A program made the position numbers and the translations under genes. Shown one piece after another: positions 1 through 9,135 of a stretch of DNA of 64,000 bases. This DNA is from an uncultured Candidatus Saccharimonas sp. (GTDB lineage Bacteria > Patescibacteriota > Saccharimonadia > Saccharimonadales > AQU-01), in NCBI GenBank assembly GCA_943358095.1, contig CALRGT010000001.1, positions 450-64,449 of the forward strand. Reading direction: 5' to 3'. Below the pieces are notes generated by a model that saw only the letters and a program-made list of their open reading frames with translations, made no database searches and was not told the DNA's origin. Numbering within the stretch: position 1 is the first letter of the stretch; every line of letters starts with the position of its first letter.

Positions 1-72
1 CGTGAAGCAATGCGCTTAGCTGGACACAAGCTACCTGTTAAAACCAAATTCCTGATTAAGGAAGAGGCATAG
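1..72 (+). CDS. rplP: 50S ribosomal protein L16, C-terminal fragment (5' truncated by window edge)
   Basis: Frame-1 translation REAMRLAGHKLPVKTKFLIKEEA* matches the L16 C-terminus; immediately followed by rpmC as in the S10 operon. Confidence 0.6.
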   Translation, partial: REAMRLAGHKLPVKTKFLIKEEA

Positions 73-74
73 AT

Positions 75-275
75 ATGAAAGTTGTAGAAATCCGAAAATT
101 TGATACCGTGCAGCTCGCTAGCGAGAGCACAAAATTACGTGAAGAAATCGCTGATTTGCGACGTCGTTTACACATGGGCGAAGTTCAGAACAGTCGTTTA
201 CTACGCAACAAGCGTAAAGACCTAGCTAGAATGCTAACTGTTCTAAGCGAGCAACTTACAAAGGAGACCGCATAA
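75..275 (+). CDS. rpmC: 50S ribosomal protein L29
   Basis: 66 aa; conserved position between rplP and rpsQ; L29-like helical sequence. Confidence 0.85.
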   Translation: MKVVEIRKFDTVQLASESTKLREEIADLRRRLHMGEVQNSRLLRNKRKDLARMLTVLSEQLTKETA

Positions 276-658
276 TGTCTAAAACACTAACCGGAATTGT
301 ATCTTCAAACGCAACTGATAAAACTATTGTAGTAACAGTTGATACTAAAAAGACTCACCCGATCTACAAGAAGCAGTACAAGTCTAGCAAACGATTTATG
401 GCTCATGACGAAAAGAATGAAGCTAAAGTTGGCGACACTGTATTACTTACCGAAACTCGTCCATTAAGCGCACGCAAACGACACGTACTTACCAGTATTA
501 TCAAGCATGCTGCAATATCAGCCGACAAAACTATCGATTCTATCATTAAATCTGAGCAAGTTGGTTCTAACGAACATCCACTAGCAAAAGAAAAAGTAGA
601 AGTTGAAGAAGTCGTAGCTGAAGTCAAGAAACCAGCAACTAAGAAGGTCGCAAAATGA
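275..658 (+). CDS. rpsQ: 30S ribosomal protein S17 with ~45-aa C-terminal extension
   Basis: N-terminal 80 aa S17-like ([16 protein letters not shown]...[18 protein letters not shown]); overlapping start with rpmC stop; conserved order. Confidence 0.85.
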   Translation: MSKTLTGIVSSNATDKTIVVTVDTKKTHPIYKKQYKSSKRFMAHDEKNEAKVGDTVLLTETRPLSARKRHVLTSIIKHAAISADKTIDSIIKSEQVGSNEHPLAKEKVEVEEVVAEVKKPATKKVAK

Positions 659-1023
659 TTCAACAAGAAACCAGATTACTAGTTACAGATAACAGCGGTG
701 CCAAGGAAATCTTGTGCATTCGTGTACTCGGTGGTACTCGTCGCAGATACGCTCGCGTTGGTGACGTTATCGTTGCTACCGTTAAGCAGGCGAATCCAGC
801 TGGTGGCGTTAAGCGTAAGTCTGTCGTTAAGGCAGTTATTGTACGCACTCGCAGCGTCATCAAGCGAAAAGATGGTTCAACAATTCGTTTTGACGATAAC
901 GCAGCTGTTATTATCGACGATGCTAAGTTGCCAAAAGGTACTCGTATTTTTGGACCTGTTCCACGTGAACTACGAGATATGGGCTACGCTAAGATAATTT
1001 CACTCGCACCGGAGGTACTATAA
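655..1023 (+). CDS. rplN: 50S ribosomal protein L14
   Basis: [27 protein letters not shown]... classic L14; ATGA overlap with rpsQ. Confidence 0.9.
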   Translation: MIQQETRLLVTDNSGAKEILCIRVLGGTRRRYARVGDVIVATVKQANPAGGVKRKSVVKAVIVRTRSVIKRKDGSTIRFDDNAAVIIDDAKLPKGTRIFGPVPRELRDMGYAKIISLAPEVL

Positions 1024-1370
1024 TGAGTACGAAAACAGCTAAGGCTACAATTTATAAGATCCGCTTGCAGAAAAACGATAACGTAATCGTTTTGGCAGGC
1101 AAGTACAAAGGCAAGACTGGCAAAGTTGTTGCAACTCACCCTTCACTTAACAAAGTGACTGTTGAAGGCGTAAACATCATCAAGAAACACCAGAAGCCTA
1201 ACAAAGAACATCCACAGGGTGCAATCCTTGAAATCACCAAGCCTATTTGGGTATCTAAAGTCGCAATCGTTGATCCTGCCACCAAAAAGGCCGCAAGAAT
1301 TGGATATGTTGTTAACAAAGAAGGCAAAAAAGTACGAGTATTTGTCGGTACTGGAAAGGAGATCAAATAA
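1023..1370 (+). CDS. rplX: 50S ribosomal protein L24
   Basis: KOW-domain L24 sequence (KIRLQKNDNVIVLAGKYKGKTGKV); operon position. Confidence 0.9.
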   Translation: MSTKTAKATIYKIRLQKNDNVIVLAGKYKGKTGKVVATHPSLNKVTVEGVNIIKKHQKPNKEHPQGAILEITKPIWVSKVAIVDPATKKAARIGYVVNKEGKKVRVFVGTGKEIK

Positions 1371-1942
1371 TGGCTACTAAAACCGCTCCAACTACAGCAA
1401 GACTTAAAGATCTCTACAATACCAAGTATGCAGCAGAACTTAAAAAAGAACTTAAGCTAACAAATCCTCACCAGGTACCAAAGTTGCACAAGATTGTGAT
1501 CAACATCGGTCTAGGGCGTGCTCAGGGCGACAAGAAGATGATGGAAGTTTCGACTAACACTATCCGTAAGATCACTGGTCAGCAACCTGTTCAAACAACA
1601 GCAAAGCAGTCAATCGCTGGATTTAAGCTAAGAGAAGGCACTAAAATCGGTCTTAAGGTTACTTTGAGAGACGATAGAATGTACGAATTCTTGGATCGTT
1701 TAATCACAATTGTATTGCCTCGCGTACGTGACTTCCATGGTGTTAAAGCAAAAGCGTTTGACGCTAACGGTAACTATAGTCTTGGATTACCAGATCAGTC
1801 AGTATTCCCAGAACTTACTTTTGAAGAAACAACAACATTACACGGTTTGCAGATCGTTATGGTTATTGATAACACTACGCCAGATAATTCCAAGGCGCTA
1901 CTAACTAAATTCGGTATGCCGTTCGAAAAGGAGAAAAAGTAA
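1370..1942 (+). CDS. rplE: 50S ribosomal protein L5
   Basis: 190 aa; L5 motifs ([10 protein letters not shown]..., [10 protein letters not shown]); position. Confidence 0.9.
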   Translation: MATKTAPTTARLKDLYNTKYAAELKKELKLTNPHQVPKLHKIVINIGLGRAQGDKKMMEVSTNTIRKITGQQPVQTTAKQSIAGFKLREGTKIGLKVTLRDDRMYEFLDRLITIVLPRVRDFHGVKAKAFDANGNYSLGLPDQSVFPELTFEETTTLHGLQIVMVIDNTTPDNSKALLTKFGMPFEKEKK

Positions 1943-2211
1943 TGGCTAAGAAATCTATGATCGCACGAGATTTGAAGCGAATTAGAATGATCGAACAATA
2001 TGCCGCTAAACGAGCTGAGCTTAAAGAACTCGGTGATTTAGAGGGCTTACACAAGTTGCCACGTAACTCTTCGCCTACTCGACGCAAGAACCGATGTAGT
2101 GAAAGTGGCCGACCGCGCGGATACATGCGCAGATTTGGTTTATCACGTCTATCATTCCGAGAACACGCCAGCAAGGGTGAAATCCCTGGTGTAACGAAAG
2201 CGAGTTGGTAA
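1942..2211 (+). CDS. rpsN: 30S ribosomal protein S14 (non-zinc form, single Cys)
   Basis: 89 aa; [13 protein letters not shown]...[27 protein letters not shown]14 signature; between rplE and rpsH. Confidence 0.85.
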   Translation: MAKKSMIARDLKRIRMIEQYAAKRAELKELGDLEGLHKLPRNSSPTRRKNRCSESGRPRGYMRRFGLSRLSFREHASKGEIPGVTKASW

Positions 2212-2216
2212 TAATT

Positions 2217-2618
2217 ATGGCTATCATTTCAACAGATCCAGTAGCAGATATGCTCACAAGAATTCGTAATGCAATTGCAGTACGAAAACATCAGGTTTCA
2301 ATGCCTCACTCTAAGTTGAAGGAAGCAATTGCTCAACTTCTTCTAAAGAATGGTTTTATTGATAAAGTCGAAGTAGTAAGTGCTGAAGTAGGCAAGACGC
2401 TAATTGTAAACGTTAGCACTGCAGACACTAACGCTAAGATTACTGAACTTAAAAGATTAAGTACTCCTGGACGACGTGTTTACGCTAATTCCAACGACAT
2501 CCCAACCATTAAACACGGTCGAGGTATCGTCATCGTATCTACATCTAAAGGTTTATTGACAGGAAAAGAAGCTAAGGCCCAAGGCGTGGGCGGAGAGTTA
2601 TTGTGTACGGTTTACTAA
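2217..2618 (+). CDS. rpsH: 30S ribosomal protein S8
   Basis: MAIISTDPVADMLTRIRNA... canonical S8 N-terminus; ATG at 2217 preferred over the TTG at 2205 used by the ORF track. Confidence 0.9.
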   Translation: MAIISTDPVADMLTRIRNAIAVRKHQVSMPHSKLKEAIAQLLLKNGFIDKVEVVSAEVGKTLIVNVSTADTNAKITELKRLSTPGRRVYANSNDIPTIKHGRGIVIVSTSKGLLTGKEAKAQGVGGELLCTVY

Positions 2619-2619
2619 T

Positions 2620-3159
2620 ATGAGCAGAGTAGGAAGATCACCAATCAAAGTTCCAACCGGTGTCAGCGTAACATTTACGCCAGACATGATTACTGTTAGT
2701 GGCTCAAAAGGTACACTAGAACAGTTCACAATGCCCGACATTACAGTTACTCAAGAAGGCGATACAATCATCGTAGCTCGAGCTAACGACGAACCAAAGA
2801 TTCGTTCTAAGCACGGTTTAATGCGTGCTCTAGTACAGAACATGGTTACTGGTGTAACAGAAGGTTTTAGCAAGAAACTTGAAATTAACGGTGTAGGTTA
2901 CCGTGTTGCAGCTCAAGGTACTGATCTTAAGTTCAACTTAGGATTTTCGCACGATGTAATCTACAAAATGATTCCAGGCGTTAATGCAGCTATCGAACAG
3001 AACACTATCGTTATATCAGGAATTAGTCGTCAACAAGTTGGACAAGTTGCTGCTGAAATCAGAGCACTTAAGAAGCCAGAGCCTTATAAGGGCAAGGGTA
3101 TCAAGTATGCCGACGAAAGAATCATCCGTAAGAGCGGTAAGAGCGGGAAGGAAAAATAA
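2620..3159 (+). CDS. rplF: 50S ribosomal protein L6
   Basis: MSRVGRSPIKVPTGVSV... L6 two-domain sequence; position. Confidence 0.9.
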   Translation: MSRVGRSPIKVPTGVSVTFTPDMITVSGSKGTLEQFTMPDITVTQEGDTIIVARANDEPKIRSKHGLMRALVQNMVTGVTEGFSKKLEINGVGYRVAAQGTDLKFNLGFSHDVIYKMIPGVNAAIEQNTIVISGISRQQVGQVAAEIRALKKPEPYKGKGIKYADERIIRKSGKSGKEK

Positions 3160-3515
3160 TGAATCGTTTAGCTAGAGTCCTACACACAAGTAAAATGCGC
3201 AAAAAGCGTGTCCGTTCTGTCGTAATCGGTACATCAGTTCGACCACGCCTAAGTATTAGCATTAGTAATCGACATGTATCAGCGCAAGTTATTGATGACA
3301 GCAAACATACTACTCTTGCCTACGTCACTACTGTTGGCAACAAAGCCGCTACAGGTACAATGACTGACAAAGCAGCCTGGGTTGGTTCAGAGATTGCTAA
3401 AAAAGCTATTGCTGCTAAGGTAACTTCCGTATCTTTTGATCGTAATGGTCGTTTATATCACGGAAGAGTACAGATGTTAGCAGATGCAGCCCGTAAATCA
3501 GGATTGGAGTTTTAA
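3159..3515 (+). CDS. rplR: 50S ribosomal protein L18
   Basis: 118 aa; L18 C-terminal motif (FDRNGRLYHGRVQMLADAARKSGLEF). Confidence 0.9.
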   Translation: MNRLARVLHTSKMRKKRVRSVVIGTSVRPRLSISISNRHVSAQVIDDSKHTTLAYVTTVGNKAATGTMTDKAAWVGSEIAKKAIAAKVTSVSFDRNGRLYHGRVQMLADAARKSGLEF

Positions 3516-4094
3516 ATGGCTACTACAGATCCACGCAGAATGACCGAAAATGCAGCTGAGGAAAAGCAATTTGACGAAAGAGTAGTTCACGTTGATCGTG
3601 TTGCTCGCGTTGTAAAGGGCGGTCGACGATTCCGTTTCCGTGCGTTAGTCGTAATTGGCGACCACAAAAACAAAGTTGGAATCGGTTCAGCTAAGGGTGC
3701 GGACGTAACAGCAGCTATTACTAAGGCTACTGAAAAAGCCAAGAAAACTCTCATCACTTTGTCTCTTTACAAAGGTACTCTACCTCACGAAGTTCAATCA
3801 AAAGTTGGTGGAGCAAACATTCTAATCAAACCAGCAAGTCCTGGTACAGGTCTTATCGCTGGTGGTGTTGTGCGAACAATCCTAGAAGTCGCTGGTGTAA
3901 GTAACGCTTTGTCTAAGTCAATTGGATCAAGCAACAAGACTAACACCGCTTATGCAACTATCGAAGCATTAAGCACTCTAGTGCCTGCAAAGAATTGGGT
4001 TACTTCTAAGAAAACAGCAAAAGTTGAGAAGACTGAAACTGTAGAGAAGGCACCAGCTAAACCAGTTGTTAAAGCCAAAAAGGCAGAGAAATAA
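3516..4094 (+). CDS. rpsE: 30S ribosomal protein S5 with Lys-rich C-terminal tail
   Basis: S5 dsRBD and C-terminal domain motifs (RVVKGGRRFRFRALVVIGD, GTGLIAGG); followed 2 nt later by rplO with no rpmD. Confidence 0.9.
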   Translation: MATTDPRRMTENAAEEKQFDERVVHVDRVARVVKGGRRFRFRALVVIGDHKNKVGIGSAKGADVTAAITKATEKAKKTLITLSLYKGTLPHEVQSKVGGANILIKPASPGTGLIAGGVVRTILEVAGVSNALSKSIGSSNKTNTAYATIEALSTLVPAKNWVTSKKTAKVEKTETVEKAPAKPVVKAKKAEK

Positions 4095-4096
4095 TC

Positions 4097-4573
4097 ATGA
4101 AATATAACGATCTAAATCTAACAGCACATAAGAATCCAAAGCGAGTTGGTCGTGGTATTGCAGCCGGTCAAGGTAAAACTGCCGGTCGTGGTACTAAAGG
4201 TCAAAACTCTCGAGCTGGTAGCACAAGAAAGCTCGGCTTCGAAGGTGGTCAGAATCCACTAGCAAAGAGACTTCCTAAGTTGCGCGGTTTTACATCTCAC
4301 AGAACAGCTGCAGACAATATCTACACTGGTCAATTAGACGATCTCCCAACAGTTATCGATAACCAGGTATTGGCAGATGCCGGACTAGTTGCTAATCCTA
4401 ATACACGAGTTAAATTGATTCTAAAAGGCGATGTCACTAAAAAGCATACAGTAAGTTTGCAAGGTGCAAGTGCTGGAGCTATGACTGCTATTCAAAAAGC
4501 TGGCGGTAACTTCTTGCAGGTCAATCAAGTAGCTCGGCCTGCTACAGACAAAGACACAAAAGTACGTTCATAG
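4097..4573 (+). CDS. rplO: 50S ribosomal protein L15
   Basis: Gly/Arg-rich N-terminus (RVGRGIAAGQGKTAGRGTKGQ) typical of L15. Confidence 0.9.
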   Translation: MKYNDLNLTAHKNPKRVGRGIAAGQGKTAGRGTKGQNSRAGSTRKLGFEGGQNPLAKRLPKLRGFTSHRTAADNIYTGQLDDLPTVIDNQVLADAGLVANPNTRVKLILKGDVTKKHTVSLQGASAGAMTAIQKAGGNFLQVNQVARPATDKDTKVRS

Positions 4574-4676
4574 CATCAGTCCTGCACTGATGTTCTAATT
4601 ACAGTATATTCACCGTTCCTTATGTGTCATAATAACACCTAGTAAATCGGGTATAGAGTTCAGAGGGAAGTATTTA

Positions 4677-6170
4677 ATGAGCTGGAAAACAATTTGGCAG
4701 TCACTTAAAAACAAAGACATGCGAAGCCGCATTTTAGCTGTGCTTGGTATGCTTTTGGTATTCCGTATATTTGCACATATTCCAGTTCCACTTAGCGACC
4801 CTAAAACACTCAAACAAGTGCTAGAAAACGTCTTTACATCCAGTCAAGCACCTCAGTTACTTAGCTTTATTAACGTACTGTCAGGCGGAGCACTCGAAAA
4901 CTTTTCAATCATGTTAGTTGGTATGGGCCCATACATAAACGCGTCTATCATTCTACAGCTGTTAACTAGAGCGATACCTAAACTTGAAGCTTTGAACAAA
5001 GAGGGTGAGTATGGTCGCAAGAAAATCAATCAATATACGAGGCTCCTCACACTCCCTCTAGCTATGGTTCAGTCTATTGGAGCTATTTATTTAGTTAAGC
5101 AGTCTGCATCTAGTTACGGCGGCATGGGCGATATCACAGCCAACACTACACCGATGCAGTGGGTTTTGATGGTGTCTGCACTTACGGGTGGATCGCTGAT
5201 CTTGATGTGGTTGGGTGAACTTATCACCGAAAAAAGTATCGGTAATGGTATCTCCTTAGTTATTACAGTTGGTATCGTCAGTAGTCTGCCAAAAACAGCC
5301 TCGTCACTATTTTCAGCAATTTATACTAAAACTAATCAGTGGGAGTTGTTCGGCTATAAGTTGCCTATTAGCAAAAAAGAGACTCTCTACAGTTTGATGA
5401 TCATTGGTATAGTTGTCGCCGTTACCGTATTTATTGTTAAGTTGAGCGAGGCTGCTAGAAAGATTACGGTCAATTATGCTAAGCGCGTTCAAGGTAACAG
5501 AAGCTATGGCGGCGTAACTACTATATTGCCAGTCAAATTAATCACTGCTGGAGTTATACCAATTATCTTTGCCGTAGCTTTCTTGAGTGTTCCTCAATTT
5601 GCTGGTCAATTAATGACAGGAATGTCCAATCCAAAGTACCAGTCGCTCGGCACGAAGTTAGTTAGCCTATTTCAGAACCCGAGTGTAGAATCTTTTCGTG
5701 CTGGAGGTTGGCAACCGTATCTTTATCCAATTGTATATTTTGTGTTAGTCGTTATCTTTACCTTTTTCTATACTGGCATCGCCTTTAATGCCAAGGAAAT
5801 CGCAGAAAACTTGCAGAAGCAAGGTGGTTTTATCGCCGACGTAAGATCTGGCCAGCACACCGAGAAGTACTTAGGTAAGTTGGTTAATCGTCTAACGTTC
5901 TTCGGAGCATTAGCTTTAGGCTTGCTAGCTCTACTACCTATCATTGCCCAGATCTTTTTAAAGACAAACATCACAATTGGCGGTACAAGTATTCTTATCT
6001 TGGTGTCTGTAGCTCTTGAAACTTTAAGACAAATCGAGTCACGAGCCCTCATGGTGACTTACGACCAGTATACTGAACCCGATTTCTTCTATGACTCTAG
6101 CGAACCAGCACTGGCTGCAACAGGTGCGCGAAGACTCAAGTATCTGCCAAAGATACGACGAAACAAATAG
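4677..6170 (+). CDS. secY: Preprotein translocase subunit SecY (with C-terminal extension)
   Basis: 497 aa polytopic membrane protein in the canonical post-rplO position; SecY-like TM pattern; RBS GAGGGAAG upstream. Confidence 0.9.
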   Translation: MSWKTIWQSLKNKDMRSRILAVLGMLLVFRIFAHIPVPLSDPKTLKQVLENVFTSSQAPQLLSFINVLSGGALENFSIMLVGMGPYINASIILQLLTRAIPKLEALNKEGEYGRKKINQYTRLLTLPLAMVQSIGAIYLVKQSASSYGGMGDITANTTPMQWVLMVSALTGGSLILMWLGELITEKSIGNGISLVITVGIVSSLPKTASSLFSAIYTKTNQWELFGYKLPISKKETLYSLMIIGIVVAVTVFIVKLSEAARKITVNYAKRVQGNRSYGGVTTILPVKLITAGVIPIIFAVAFLSVPQFAGQLMTGMSNPKYQSLGTKLVSLFQNPSVESFRAGGWQPYLYPIVYFVLVVIFTFFYTGIAFNAKEIAENLQKQGGFIADVRSGQHTEKYLGKLVNRLTFFGALALGLLALLPIIAQIFLKTNITIGGTSILILVSVALETLRQIESRALMVTYDQYTEPDFFYDSSEPALAATGARRLKYLPKIRRNK

Positions 6171-6222
6171 ACATATACGGTCAGTTTTGTAATATCACAG
6201 ATAAGTGCTATAATAGCTTTAT

Positions 6223-7125
6223 ATGTCTAATATTGATCCCGAAACATTAGCTAGCATGAGTAGGCGCGAAATCTATTTTAACCAGCTATCGGCTGACGAT
6301 AAGCTCAATATTATATCTGAAGTTCCTAAAGAGTATGAGGCGTCTGGACTTGCAGGAGAGTCTACTAGAGCTCTCTTAGGTAGTGTTCATGGCCTTATTG
6401 AGAGCGGTGTAGGAAAAGCCCTTAAACACGACCCAAACAAAGAATTTCTTTATGAGCCTAGCGATGGAATAAATGATTTTTATGCCTATTCTAACATTGG
6501 CAAGATTGCAAGTAGGTTCGCCGTAAATGACACTTCTATGTCGACTTTCATGGTTGGTCGCGCCTATTCGCACGCTGCTAAAAAGGCCAATGTAAATGGT
6601 ATGCCAAATGTTGTGTATGGATTTGGAGCTAAAACTCATAATATACTCAAGATACTTCACGAGACTAACGATTCTAAATGGGATGGATTATCTGAAGAAG
6701 ATTATCTTGATGCCGCAACTAGTTCTGGAACATCAACAAGATTGTCGAACAGTAATATGGCAAGAAGTGTGTGGAGAAGTTCAAATACAGTTCAGTTACA
6801 AGAAGAACGCCCTTCAGATGAAGAGATCATAGCTCATAGACTTGATGTTGATAGCGATAATAGTGATGATGAATTAGTAAGCCCTAGTAGTGTAGTGAGT
6901 GATAGGCACTCCGACGATTACAGTGATAGCGATGATCGCCTAGATGCAGCAGTACTTATCAAAAATCTACCTTGGGATCGTTTAGACGAACGGCAAGCGA
7001 GCGTAGTCCATAGAATTAGTAACGGCGAGTCGTTGCAATCAATAGGCGATGATTTAGGCGTTTCCCGCGAACGAGTAAGACAGATTAACCTGAAGGCTAC
7101 AAGCCTTCTACGCAGCGGCAAGTAA
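6223..7125 (+). CDS. Hypothetical protein with C-terminal sigma-70 region-4-type HTH and acidic Ser/Asp-rich linker
   Basis: C-terminus LPWDRLDERQASVVHRISNGESLQSIGDDLGVSRERVRQINLKATSLLRS matches the sigma-70 region 4 (-35 binding) HTH pattern; N-terminal 200 aa without recognisable motif; TATAAT at 6209-6214 only 8 nt before ATG. Confidence 0.5.
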   Translation: MSNIDPETLASMSRREIYFNQLSADDKLNIISEVPKEYEASGLAGESTRALLGSVHGLIESGVGKALKHDPNKEFLYEPSDGINDFYAYSNIGKIASRFAVNDTSMSTFMVGRAYSHAAKKANVNGMPNVVYGFGAKTHNILKILHETNDSKWDGLSEEDYLDAATSSGTSTRLSNSNMARSVWRSSNTVQLQEERPSDEEIIAHRLDVDSDNSDDELVSPSSVVSDRHSDDYSDSDDRLDAAVLIKNLPWDRLDERQASVVHRISNGESLQSIGDDLGVSRERVRQINLKATSLLRSGK

Positions 7126-7242
7126 ATCAATTTCGCTAGCTTCATTGTGAAAATTATTATAGAAATACATATTAATTCGTGATATAGTCGATTTAACTAG
7201 CTCACGGGTAACAAGAGCGATTCTATTATGTAAATAAAAGTA

Positions 7243-7271
7243 TTTACAGATAACACTTTACTTGCTATAAT
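7243..7271 (+). promoter_or_regulatory. Sigma-70-like promoter upstream of infA (TTTACA-17-TATAAT)
   Basis: TTTACA 7243-7248, 17-nt spacer, TATAAT 7266-7271, ATG of infA at 7287. Confidence 0.4.
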
Positions 7272-7286
7272 TGTCATCTGTTATAT

Positions 7287-7505
7287 ATGGCAGCCAACAA
7301 GGAAGTGATAGAACTGGCCGGAACAGTGGTAGAGACCCTTCCAGGGACTCAGTTTCGAGTAGAACTAGAGAATGGCCACCAGATAATAGCTCACGTTGCC
7401 GGGAAAATGCGAAAGCATTTTATACGAATAGTACCTGGTGACAGCGTGACGGTTGAGTTGACTCCTTACGATCTTAGTAAGGGTAGAATCACCTATCGCA
7501 AATAG
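7287..7505 (+). CDS. infA: Translation initiation factor IF-1
   Basis: 72 aa S1-like OB fold sequence ([32 protein letters not shown]...[15 protein letters not shown]). Confidence 0.9.
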   Translation: MAANKEVIELAGTVVETLPGTQFRVELENGHQIIAHVAGKMRKHFIRIVPGDSVTVELTPYDLSKGRITYRK

Positions 7506-7560
7506 TGCGACCTTCCAAATATTAACTAAGCAGTGTGTTATGCACCCCGCAGTAAGGAGC

Positions 7561-7686
7561 ATGATCCGCATGAAAGTGCGTGCTAGCGTCAAAAAAATCA
7601 GTCCAGATGACATCGTAGTCCGCCGTAAAGGGCGAGTCTATATTATTAATAAGCTAAAACCAAAGCATAAACAGAGGCAGGGTTAA
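7561..7686 (+). CDS. rpmJ: 50S ribosomal protein L36, Cys-less (non-zinc) form
   Basis: 41 aa [41 protein letters not shown] matches the L36 consensus except the four Zn-ligand Cys; AAGGAG RBS 7550-7555; below the ORF-track size cut-off. Confidence 0.8.
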   Translation: MIRMKVRASVKKISPDDIVVRRKGRVYIINKLKPKHKQRQG

Positions 7687-8073
7687 ATGGCACGTATATC
7701 TGGAGTAACAATTCCATCTGATAAGCAGGTACAAATATCCCTGACTTACGTTTATGGTATCGGCCCAAAAACAGCTCGTGACATTCTTGAAGCTACCAAA
7801 GTAGAACTTACTTTGCGTGCTAAAGACTTGACCGATGCTGAAATCAGCCGCATCCAAGATCTAATTAACGAGAAATATACAGTTGAAGGCGAACTTCAAA
7901 GAATAGTTACCGGCAACATCAAGCGCCTAAAGGATATCAATTCTTACCGCGGCCTACGCCACAAAGCAAACTTACCTAGTCGCGGCCAAAGAACCAAGAC
8001 TAACGCACGCACACGTCGTGGTAAAAAAGTTACAGTTGGTGGAACAGCTAAAAAAGCAGCGACTAAGACATAA
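7687..8073 (+). CDS. rpsM: 30S ribosomal protein S13
   Basis: MARISGVTIPSDKQVQISLTYVYGIGPKTA... canonical S13. Confidence 0.9.
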   Translation: MARISGVTIPSDKQVQISLTYVYGIGPKTARDILEATKVELTLRAKDLTDAEISRIQDLINEKYTVEGELQRIVTGNIKRLKDINSYRGLRHKANLPSRGQRTKTNARTRRGKKVTVGGTAKKAATKT

Positions 8074-8092
8074 GGATTTATAAGAATATATT

Positions 8093-8491
8093 ATGGCAGA
8101 CGAACCAGTAGTAGCAGTAAAGAAAAAGAAGAGCAAGAGATCAGTTCCATTTGGTCAAATGCACGTATTTGCGTCATTTAACAACACGATCGTTACTTTT
8201 ACAGACGCCCAAGGCGGCGCACTAACAGCAGCAAGTGCTGGTAGCTGTGGTTTCCGAGGTTCTAAAAAAGGAACAGCTTATGTTGCACAAGTTGCAGCAG
8301 AAAAAGCCGGTCAAGCTGCTAAACAGCAATACGGACTAAATAAAGTTGATGTATATGTCAAGGGTATTGGTCTTGGACGAGAAGCAGCAGTTCGTGCTTT
8401 GATAAGTCTAGACATTGCCGTTGAGAGCATCAAAGATGTAACCGGTATACCTCATGGTGGTGTACGGCCGCCGAAAGCAAGGAGAGTCTAG
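8093..8491 (+). CDS. rpsK: 30S ribosomal protein S11
   Basis: 132 aa, S11 motifs ([32 protein letters not shown]). Confidence 0.9.
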   Translation: MADEPVVAVKKKKSKRSVPFGQMHVFASFNNTIVTFTDAQGGALTAASAGSCGFRGSKKGTAYVAQVAAEKAGQAAKQQYGLNKVDVYVKGIGLGREAAVRALISLDIAVESIKDVTGIPHGGVRPPKARRV

Positions 8492-8493
8492 TT

Positions 8494-9117
8494 ATGGCAC
8501 GTGATACAAGATCAATCGTAAAGATGAGTCGCCGAGAAGGTTATGCTCTACACCCTAAAGCTCACAAGGCTCTAGCTAAGCGCACAACTATGCCTGGACA
8601 GCCAGCAAACTCTCGTGGGCCACGAAACAAAGCTAGCCAGTACTCACTACAGTTGCGTGAGAAACAAAAAGTTAAGCGCTTATATGGCTTGCTTGAGAAG
8701 CAGTTTAGTAACTTGATGAAAGAGGCGTCTCGACGTCAAGGTCAATCAGGCGAAAATCTACTACACCTTTTAGAGCTAAGATTAGATAACGCTATCTACC
8801 GAAGCGGACTTGCAGTAAGTCGCCGAGCAGCACGACAACTAGCAACTCACGGGCATTTTATGCTTAACGGTCGCCGAGTTGACATTCCATCAATCAGAAT
8901 GAAGGAAGGTGACGTACTTATCGCTCGACCAAAGAGCACCAAAAGTGAATACTTTAAGAGAATAGACGAAGTTAGTCCTGCCAACCCTGACGCAATTCCA
9001 GCGTGGCTCAAAGTTGATCGTAAGAAACTACAAATTACCATCACTGGTCTACCAAGTAGAGACGATGCTGAACCAGATATTAATGAACAACTAATAGTCG
9101 AATATTACTCACGTTAA
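8494..9117 (+). CDS. rpsD: 30S ribosomal protein S4
   Basis: 207 aa with S4 RNA-binding domain (SRRAARQLATHGHFMLNGRRVDIPS). Confidence 0.9.
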   Translation: MARDTRSIVKMSRREGYALHPKAHKALAKRTTMPGQPANSRGPRNKASQYSLQLREKQKVKRLYGLLEKQFSNLMKEASRRQGQSGENLLHLLELRLDNAIYRSGLAVSRRAARQLATHGHFMLNGRRVDIPSIRMKEGDVLIARPKSTKSEYFKRIDEVSPANPDAIPAWLKVDRKKLQITITGLPSRDDAEPDINEQLIVEYYSR

Positions 9118-9135
9118 GGGAGGTAAGGAAAAATT

